A DNA stretch of 20,000 bases. It comes from Catajapyx aquilonaris (taxonomy: Eukaryota). Within the stretch, counting starts at the first letter, position 1; each line of letters starts with the position of its first letter. The DNA lies in assembly GCA_000934665.2 (NCBI GenBank), contig KZ538438.1, positions 50,229 to 70,228 of the forward strand, in the 5' to 3' direction. The position numbers and the translations under genes were made by a program. Shown here piece after piece: positions 11,714 to 20,000 of the stretch. The notes below the pieces were generated by a model, which worked only from the letters and a program-made list of their open reading frames with translations, did not search any database and was not told the origin of the DNA.

Positions 11714-11971
11714 CACGGTCGTTGATTTTTAAAAATCTGATGAGTAGTTGTAACCTCAAAAAGGGCTTTAAAAAATTATTCGCAGACAAAACAGGCATAT
11801 ATTTTATTTTTCATCCCATTGGCATTACTGTTTCTGTAAGGTAAAACCTTACAGAAACAGTAATGCCAATTGGATGAAAGAAAAAATATTTTCCTGGTTT
11901 GTCTGAATAATTTGTGGGACGCTCTTTGAGCTTACAACTCTTCATATTTTTTTTCAAATTCAACGACCGTG
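11714..11971. mobile_element. ~260-bp palindromic (fold-back/MITE-like) element with a perfect central hairpin
   Basis: Termini are cacggtcgttga and tcaacgaccgtg. Intermediate matches include agttgtaa/ttacaact and cagacaaa/tttgtctg. The central stem 11818-11842 pairs perfectly with 11846-11870 (25 bp) around an AAA loop. Confidence 0.72.
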
Positions 11972-13848
11972 CATTATCATGTAGTATTTGTCTTACAACT
12001 TCAACATGGGGCCAACAAGTCTGCTATCGACAATATCGATAAAATAATCTAGATTGAGGCTGAGTATTTATATTTACAAATATTGTATGCTTCCAACCCA
12101 TATGTGAGTGATGGTGGTTTGTTCCCTGAGACGAAATAATTAATTTCATATGTCAGCACCAGACAAGATGCTATTTAATTATCAGTGCCTTGCAGCTGCT
12201 GCATTTGGAAGCTCATAACATCTGCTTTGATTCACTATTGATGATTGCCTTACAATTGTTCAATAGCTAACAAGGTAAAAATATATTGCACAGTGTTGGA
12301 TATACAGAGTCGAAGAGAAGATAACTGGAGCTGAAATTTTCATAGCATACGTCAGTAAATTATGCTTTGAGAAAGCAGACGTATAAGCCTGTGTTGCGTA
12401 ACTTTTGTGTTGCACATCATGGAGCCATATCCCTAGAGACAATTAGTTTTACAGGGCACTTTGTTGGAGAGGGATCGGTTTTAATACCGCTTATTAGTCT
12501 TGTTTGTGAAATCTATAGTCTTAAAAATTATGTTGCAAGGATATTGATTGTCATTTGCATTCCCCAGAAAATGTGCATCTACGATGGGAATGCCCGCGTG
12601 CGACCGTCCTCCATCCGGACCACCCGGACTTCATTTCGATTTTTAAGTTAGTGACAAAAAAATAAATAAGTTATGATCTGTGCTGTGCAGTGATTATGGG
12701 CAGTGGATTGCAGCCTGAACAATGACCTTGTGCTTACATGGAAAGGCAGGGAAATATTTAAAAGGAAGATGCCAAAATGATAAATTATAAGCATCCAATT
12801 AGATGCTGCCCCTGAAATTACCTTCTCTTCTATATTTGGAAGCTTGGAAATGTTCATACTGGCTAATTTTTGCCCCTGTTTACCTCTACAAGTGTATATA
12901 GATACTGTGAACTTTTCATCACAACGAGCCTCTTGTATAGCACCGCCTTACTTGACAATGCTTCATTGCTTCACGTACAAATAAAAACATCACAGCTTGT
13001 TTTGGCAGTTAATTGTATACGTATCTCATTTCTGTTCCTATATATGTCTTCATCGCAATTGACTTCTTCTATACGACTATATAGTCTCTATACCACATAT
13101 GGGCTGCGACGATCACATGTCATCAGTATCGACCAGTTCAGGGCCAAATATGCTCGTCAATATTAAAACAGCCTTGTTCTCAGCCACGCTCCAGTGAATC
13201 GATTCTGAAAAGACTCTTGCACACCCCCCTCCGATTTTTCGCATAATATAAACCACATCGTTACCTTCATTTACACTTCGATCGCCTTTTTGCCAATGTT
13301 TGTCTTGCTTAGTCTCCCCACAGAACAAGCCGCCAGCAGACACACACACATTGAGTCGGACAACTCGAGTTATTTGCAGAGTAAGTGCCGAGGAGTGATG
13401 GGCCCCATGAATATTCAAAAGGCCAAACGAACAGTGGGGCCCTGTAATTTTGACTTCTCTCGAGCACACGTATTAGAGGCAATCGTATATAATATCTACG
13501 GGCGGCGTTTTGTACATGCTGCTGAGTCGGCTGACAAAGGGGTTAGGCTCTCATATAGCATTTTAGGAATGGCCAAAAAGGGCCCCGGGTATATATTAGG
13601 TTTGGCCAGCAGAGAGAGGAACAAAGTGTTGATGCTCCGGGGTGGGAGGGTATTAATATTATATCGTAACGCGGCTATAACGGTTGCATGTATGGGTGAG
13701 CCACAGATTAGGATATAGGGTGAATGTTTTATCTTGCATTAAAGTGATCATTAGTGCGAGGGGAAGCAGCAGCAGTGTGATGCAAGCCAGCAGTGAAAGG
13801 CTGTTTAGAATGAATTTTCATTTACAGGGCCCAAAGTGGGGTGGGGAA

Positions 13849-13863
13849 AGAGAGAGAGAGAGA
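13849..13863 (+). repeat. (AG)n microsatellite
   Basis: agagagagagagaga followed by an A run. Confidence 0.9.
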
Positions 13864-15862
13864 AAAAAAAGTAAGCAATTTGTGTCTAATTGGTGTTTAG
13901 ATATTAATACATGCTTGCAGCGTTGTGTTTTCGGGCCAAAAAAAAATTCCATGTTATTATCGCTTTTAGTGGGGGAATTGCATTAGTGCTTTTTTGGACA
14001 CAGGGTTATGCAATGTGCAAGTCTCTAAATTATTGTGGGTGGTTGGCACTTTTTATGCGCTTGTTAAGGCAACAATGCCTTTGGAGAACTTTCAGCTGAC
14101 ACAACAACGCATTGAGAAAATTTTGCTTGTGTCTATTAGGAAAATGTTTTCTCAAAATGAGTCATTACACTATTTAAACTTTAAAGTGTGAATAGTGAAA
14201 ATTATAAAATTAAGAAAAAAAACTGTCAAAATAATTTACAGACAGCTGCGGAAGGAAAAAAATGCTTGGATTGTTCAGCACTATAACTAGCAATTTTCTG
14301 ATTTAACCGTCAATAACTGCTGCTTTTTTCCATTTCCTCTACTTTTGTGCATTGAATCACCTTCACATACAACGCTACGCAATAATTGCAAGTAGAAACA
14401 TTCTGCAATCAGAGTGAAAAGAGCAAGTAATTTAAAATAATTGTCCTCAAACACAGCGCAATTACAAACAATAAATCTACCCACCGCAACTAAAAGTATG
14501 TACCATAACAATTAACCTGCGCTATTATTGAGTTCACGTGCAAGCCCGCACCTGGCAATTACCATGTTACAGTAGAGGAAAAAAAAAATTGCGCACGAAA
14601 CTGTTGAATACCTGTCATGATCCGATAAATAACACACTGTGCATAGCAATAATGCAACTTTATGCCTGGAATTTCCGGGATTTATATAAATGCACACCGC
14701 TTCTACAATGTGTTCAACCGGACGTCACAACCGGCAACAATGCAACGAACAATCAAACGTACACGATGGAGTTTCAATTGAAAACGGGAAATGTGAAATA
14801 ATTAATTTACTTAACTCCCAAGTTTTTAAATTGCAAAATTATCGTTTTCCTTTGATCTATAAATATAACTGTGAATGTACACGTGCAAAATTTTGGCATT
14901 TCATGCAATAAGGTCATACGAGCAAAACTATAAAAGAGCTGAGCATCTGTCGCGCGATTTCTTACCACCACCGGAATAAAAGGGTGCAATTATTTCCGGC
15001 AGAGAGGCCGTTTCGTGTCGCTATGCAGGCCCCTTCATCGTGTCATTCGAGCTCGGAATATAAAAATCTGGCGAAAAACTGCTTCTTCACCGAATCCTCC
15101 TCTTCTACCCCTCCTCAAAAAAAATAGAAAGAAAGAGGGCCTCATTACGACGCTTCGGGAAACCCTTATCGTGGCAGCGGGTAATAATTCCGTGACTGAG
15201 TGCATGACGTTCAATGAGAGACTGCTTACTGTATGACGTTTTATGTTCCCATGGGACATAGATAAGAGGACAGGATGGACCCGTTCCCCCCCGAAACTAT
15301 AAAACCCGCCCACAGAAAACGCCACCGAATGATCCCCCTCCGATTGTCCTTTACATATAATAATAATAAATATACTGTATTATAAAAACAGGTGGAGCTT
15401 CCGTTTTAGACCAACTGTAAGCCTGCTTCATTACCCTATAAGACGACAGTGCGGGGGCATATAATAGCTGGGTGTAATTTTAATTTTATTAGCCTCCGAG
15501 CTGGTGGCCGGGTTAAATTTTTTTTATTTTTTATTTTTTTATTCTTCGTGGTGGTTGTTGTGACGTGGTTTGTCGGCCCTACCTCCGACGCCTGGCTGCC
15601 GGCCCATAAGAATGAGGCCCCGCCGAACTGCCGCCATCCATCTCCACGCCTCTGCACTTCCGCTGCCCTCTCCTACCACCACCACCACCATCCATCCATT
15701 TTTTTGAAAGGGGGGTAGATGGGGGTGTTTCCCTCCCCCTTAACACAAACCGGGTTTTTATCCCATCCTGCCAAAAAGATCCCCACTACCACCTGCCTTA
15801 AGCGTTATCGCGCCACGAGTCATCGTCCGGATTCCAGGGCTGAATACATGAACCTGACCATG

Positions 15863-15989
15863 TGACGTCAGAGGACACGTCACTCACCAATCGCCACCAA
15901 TAGCTAGTGTCCACCAATACCCGACTGCCACGTCATGTACGATATGAACCAATAGTGTGCCGACACGTATGAATGAAATCTGAGCCAAT
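15863..15989 (+). promoter_or_regulatory. Cluster of CCAAT boxes and CRE/UPRE sites, including one exact and two near-exact ERSE-type elements
   Basis: CCAAT at 15887, 15897, 15914, 15949 and 15985, all on the + strand. TGACGTCA at 15863, CACGTCA at 15876, CCACGTCA at 15928. CCAAT-N9-CCACG is exact at 15914-15932. Function is untested. Confidence 0.45.
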
Positions 15990-16410
15990 AGCTTTATACT
16001 TATGCAAAATATTATTAGGCCTATTCATTCCCACTGCTGAATATTCCCACAGCTAATGTCCAGTTTCTCCAACTTATTTTAACGGACCGTTACGAGCTAA
16101 CGGCAGTAAAGTGCCACTATAAACAAATTTAACTGCCTTTACCAGCACTTAACGGCCCATTAAAGTCAGATAAAGCGGCAACAGCTGAGAACCTTTTAGA
16201 TTGAGAAAATATATACCGCTACCATCCTGACACGTCACTCCGATAAAACAACAAAAAGACTGCATTTTAATTTTAAAAAGTTACATAGTCAGCAATTGTT
16301 GTATAAAGTTTTATATTTACAGCTATCATACTCTACCATATCATGACGATGATGATGATTTATTTTTTTTAAAAAAAAATTATTTTACCTCTCTTCCCGT
16401 ACAGTACAGT

Positions 16411-16608
16411 ACAATGAGGACAAGGTGACTCTAAAGTCAGGTAATTGGATTGCATTGTTGGTTTCCAGTTGGGCCAACTAGCAGATTGTTGTCAGTCAGT
16501 AAAGGATGAGTTGGCACAGTTGGCACTCGGAGTTGGCATAACTGAAAACCAACAATACAATCAATATTGTTCAATTACCTATGTACTTATAGTCACCATG
16601 TACATTGT
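16411..16608. mobile_element. Diverged ~200-bp palindromic (MITE-like) element
   Basis: gattgcattgttggtttccagtt pairs with aactgaaaaccaacaatacaatc (2 mismatches). Other pairs: gccaact/agttggc, aggtaattg/caattacct, ggtgact/agtcacc, and termini acaatg/cattgt. The left end follows TA, compatible with a Tc1/mariner-type MITE (inference). Confidence 0.62.
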
Positions 16609-16912
16609 CAATTATCATGTCTATATTTTCATGCGTTTTGTATACTATTTTTTTTGACAAATATTGCGACAGTCTGAAATAGATGTAAAATTACCCAGGC
16701 TTTTACAGTTTTCTGTGGGAATAATCCGGCGCAGTAACAACATCGCCTGCTTATAAATTCACTGATGGTGATCCCAAAATAGTGCGCTTCTTGACCACCA
16801 TTTAATTCCCTGCCACTGAGCCTGACCCTACGAGTAGAGTTTCGGGGTTGGTCTCGGTCAGCTCTGGCAGACCACAAAGCGCTTGTGCTTAGCTGGTTTT
16901 CACATGTTCAGT

Positions 16913-16928
16913 AGAGAGAGAGAGAGAG
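16913..16928 (+). repeat. (AG)8 microsatellite
   Basis: agagagagagagagag seen directly. Confidence 0.9.
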
Positions 16929-17547
16929 CAAGTGGAGAGAAGGGGGGTGGGACAGGCGTGAGGGGGCCCCCGTGCTCCATGGAGCGCCTCCAGAAGCCAC
17001 AGATTAAAGGACTTCGTGCCTCTTTAGCGTTAAAGCGTTAATAGTCGCGTGGGCCCACGGAAAGTTCACTGCCGAAAAAGAACTGCTCCGTTTTTCGGTC
17101 CGGAACACGGCGGGAGGGGAAAAAAATAATTCCCAGTCCGTGGGAAAGAGCAACAGTACGGTTTTTCACCTTGTCCTGAATTGGCTAACAAACCGAATTA
17201 TCCACGTACCTACAACAGCATGTGAGAGAAAATTAGCACCATGGACCTCCCCATTATGTGATGAGCAATGTGCCGTCTTGATATTACGAGGGCTAACTAG
17301 TCCTGCAAAATTGGACACTGGGATTTTTACCTCCCCCCTCACAAAAAAAGAGGTGGCCTAGAGGGTCAAATGAGGTCTAATTCGGGCCATAACCGTCATC
17401 CAGGAGTCTGATTAATTCCTCCGAGTTTCCCCATATTCTATTATGAAAGTGTAGGTAATCTGCCCTCTCCTGCTGCCAGACATGTCTCGTAAACTAACAC
17501 TTGTAATTGCCATTCCTTTTTTTCTCCCCTGTCTTTTATATTCTTTG

Positions 17548-17629
17548 AAATGAGGGAGGAAAAAGGGACCGGGAGAATTTTACTCAAAAAAGAGTAAAAT
17601 TCTCCCGGTCCCTTTTTCCTCCCTCATTT
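17548..17629. repeat. Perfect 38-bp inverted repeat with a 6-nt A loop
   Basis: aaatgagggaggaaaaagggaccgggagaattttactc (17548-17585), then aaaaaa, then the exact reverse complement (17592-17629). Confidence 0.97.
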
Positions 17630-20000
17630 TCCTCCTTTCCTCCCTTCCCAACGCCATACCCGGGGAGCAGACAGTCACTTAGGACTCGTGGCAGTTATGT
17701 CACTTTGCTTTGCAGGGAGAGCTAGGTTGAGGGGGAGATCTGATTTAATTTTTCCGTATGTGGGTTGGGCTACTGAGATATGTAAGGTTGACTTTTATTT
17801 TAGAGGGTAAAGGTGGTGCTTTCCAAAAAAAAAAAAAAAGGATGTGGCATATTGGCGTCAAATTTTGCGATTTTTTTTTGCAAATTTGAGCCGGAAGAGT
17901 ATGTAGGCCGTGCCATTATGGGCGTGTTTTATTGGCTCTATTTGTGCTGAACAATGACGTGCGAATGGGCCTGATTAGTGGTTTGAATTAATTGCGGATG
18001 GAAATATTTGCTGGCCATGCAGCACTGTATACTGGTGAAGCAGCCAAAAATTCTTTTGATTCCAGGATATACTTTTTTCCCTCCTTCTTTGGTGTTTTTT
18101 TCTCTCGTCTTGTCCGTCTTGTCGTGCACCGGACAGGCGCCAAGCCCGAGTCGGCCGCGATGCAGCCTAATTAGCAGCCTAATGGTCTTTCCGTGTCCTC
18201 TCCGAACGGGCCCCGCCATCTTATCCAATCCAACATGTTGTGTCTCGGCCCCGGGATGTCAACATGGCCCTTTTAAAGTCTGAGGAATTAATTTATCACT
18301 CCCCCCACCTCTCCTCTTCCAATCTACACTATTCACTCTACCAGGGGGATCTTATAACAAAAGGCCTCCCCACGTAGAAGATCACCAAGCAAGACTAAGA
18401 AGAAGCCACTACTGAACTGCTTGCTATGGATCTGCCCACCTTTTTTTATATCAGAAAAAAAACCTGCCAGCGTGTGTTGGAAGACTTTTTATACCATGCT
18501 TTTGAGTCTTGCCTTACATGTAATGAAAAAAAAGGAGAACCGCCTCTTGATTTTCCAGAATCGTGGTGGTCCGTTTCCCATCACATGTTGAGTGGTGAAA
18601 TCATCTGAGCATATGCAGTACTTATGTAACTTACGCTCTTGTCGGTTTTTTTTTTTCAACTAAATTTCTTAATTTCCTTCCCCACTCTTAAGGACAAACA
18701 TATCCGCCTGGCTAATAATGATAGCATATCTGCTCAGACTGCGTGTCGAAAACAAACTCCTCGTGGTAATAACGGCTCATCACTGCCAAAGTCACATGTT
18801 CCATTTTTAAGATATCCATTTATGGGAATAAAAAGTTTTACAACGCGGCATTATATAGGCTGCTGCATGACTTTTTCAACTATAATACTCCCGTGTATAC
18901 AGCAGCACGCATGGTTTTAATTGAATTCGTGCACATTTTGTGTGCCCCGCAAAAAGGCAAGGAATAGTATAGGGGGGGGGGAGGGAAATAAAACTGGTAA
19001 ATCCGTGCAAAAACTTTGCAGAAAATGGGTTTAGCGATCGGGTTTGGCAGCTTGACAGCTGCAACCGCAGATGTCCCCCCCACTCTATATAGCCAAACCC
19101 TATCATCATTCAATTGCTCTAAAGAAACCATTAGTACGTTTATTATCATTGTAAAGCGGTCATTAGGAACTGTGGAATAACTGATGCCGAGCAGAGCTAT
19201 ACACCAGTCGTTTCACTAATGTTCACATACTGCCCTGCCATGTTAATAATTAGACCGGGGATTATAATTTTTAACATGAGTGGAGATACATTGTGGTCTA
19301 GTATACAAGTCAAGATGTTATTATGAAAAATCCATGCCGCCCACATCAGTAAGGGGAACATTTTTAGACTATAATTAGAAAAAATATGATTTTATAACCG
19401 AAAAAATGTTCTTTGGATAAAAATGTGTAAACGCTAACTGCATTTTTGCACTACTTGTCCTATTTGGCGAATTAAAGGCCTATAGTTTTGACTCTCTCTC
19501 GCTGAGATAATGGGCAACGTCTTTTGTTTCACCCAGCATATCATGAGCGGTATCAAGACAAAAAGAAGTGTGGAAAAATGTGCTGTTTAGCAAAACTCTT
19601 GGTGTGTATTTGCAAAAAAAAATTGCGGATAAAGTGTATCATGGCATGAATCAGCTCCCCCTTTTTTCCCATTATTCTTTAGCGTGATTTGAGGTCACTT
19701 CCTAATTTTGCACGAAGCGAGTTTTTTTTTTTCTGAGAGAAGTTGGCGTTATGAATGAATTTTTTTTTGTTCTTTTGCTTGCCGTCCCTTCTCTCATAAA
19801 CCCTTTCATGTAACATGTACAGTTTTCTATGGAAAGGGTGCCCTTGATAGCGGGGGTTGTAGCAGAGAAACGCGATTTCTTGGAATGAAAACGTCGGCAA
19901 AAATGTATGAAATCTTCTCTCCATTTTTTTTTTGGTCTTCCATCCCGGACGAGGACGATCAAAGTCCTTCGTTGGAATGTTACGTCACAGGAATCCGGAT

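Larger units (their letters stand above)
4408..20000 (+). other. Intron downstream of the Tlx homeobox exon (extends beyond the window)
   Basis: Starts with GT at 4408. The expected next exon (R-R-Q-T-A-E-E-R-E...) was not found in any frame. The sequence is non-coding in character, with homopolymers, GA repeats and palindromes. Confidence 0.7.

Noticed and set aside
14234..14289. tttacag|acagctgcggaagg as candidate Tlx exon 3
   Set aside because: In the required phase it gives KWR-QLRKEKNAW... and stops within ~15 codons, with no RQTAEEREAER match and an A-rich acceptor context.
15247..15256. Single sites: EBF/Collier TCCCATGGGA here, DRE TATCGATA at 12034, TCF CCTTTGATC at 14850, TATAAAA at 15298
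   Set aside because: Isolated short motifs are expected by chance in 20 kb.
1..20000. CRISPR arrays, tRNA/rRNA genes, operons, autonomous transposase or reverse transcriptase ORFs, known conserved miRNAs
   Set aside because: No regularly spaced repeats, cloverleaf, rRNA motifs, long ORFs or recognisable mature miRNA sequences were seen. The DNA is eukaryotic intron.

Overview
This window is animal (bilaterian, probably protostome/arthropod) genomic DNA, not prokaryotic. The only supportable coding sequence is one 229-bp internal exon (4179-4407, +) carrying the homeobox of a Tlx/Hox11-family NK-class gene (insect C15/clawless type). It is bounded by a canonical acceptor and a weak GT donor. 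No upstream exon and no downstream 'RQTAEERE' exon is visible, so the rest is best read as two large introns (>=4.2 kb and >=15.6 kb). The downstream intron holds four unrelated inverted-repeat structures: three diverged MITE-like palindromes (10180-10583, 11714-11971, 16411-16608) and one perfect 38-bp hairpin (17548-17629). It also holds several dense motif clusters. The most notable are a tandem of CCAAT-N9-CCACG ER-stress-element-like units with CRE/UPRE sites (15863-15989) and a Pho/YY1 + GAGA cluster resembling a Polycomb response element (8883-9239). There is a 52-N assembly gap at 5154-5205. All other ORFs in the track look spurious. All regulatory calls rest on motif reading only and are unverified.
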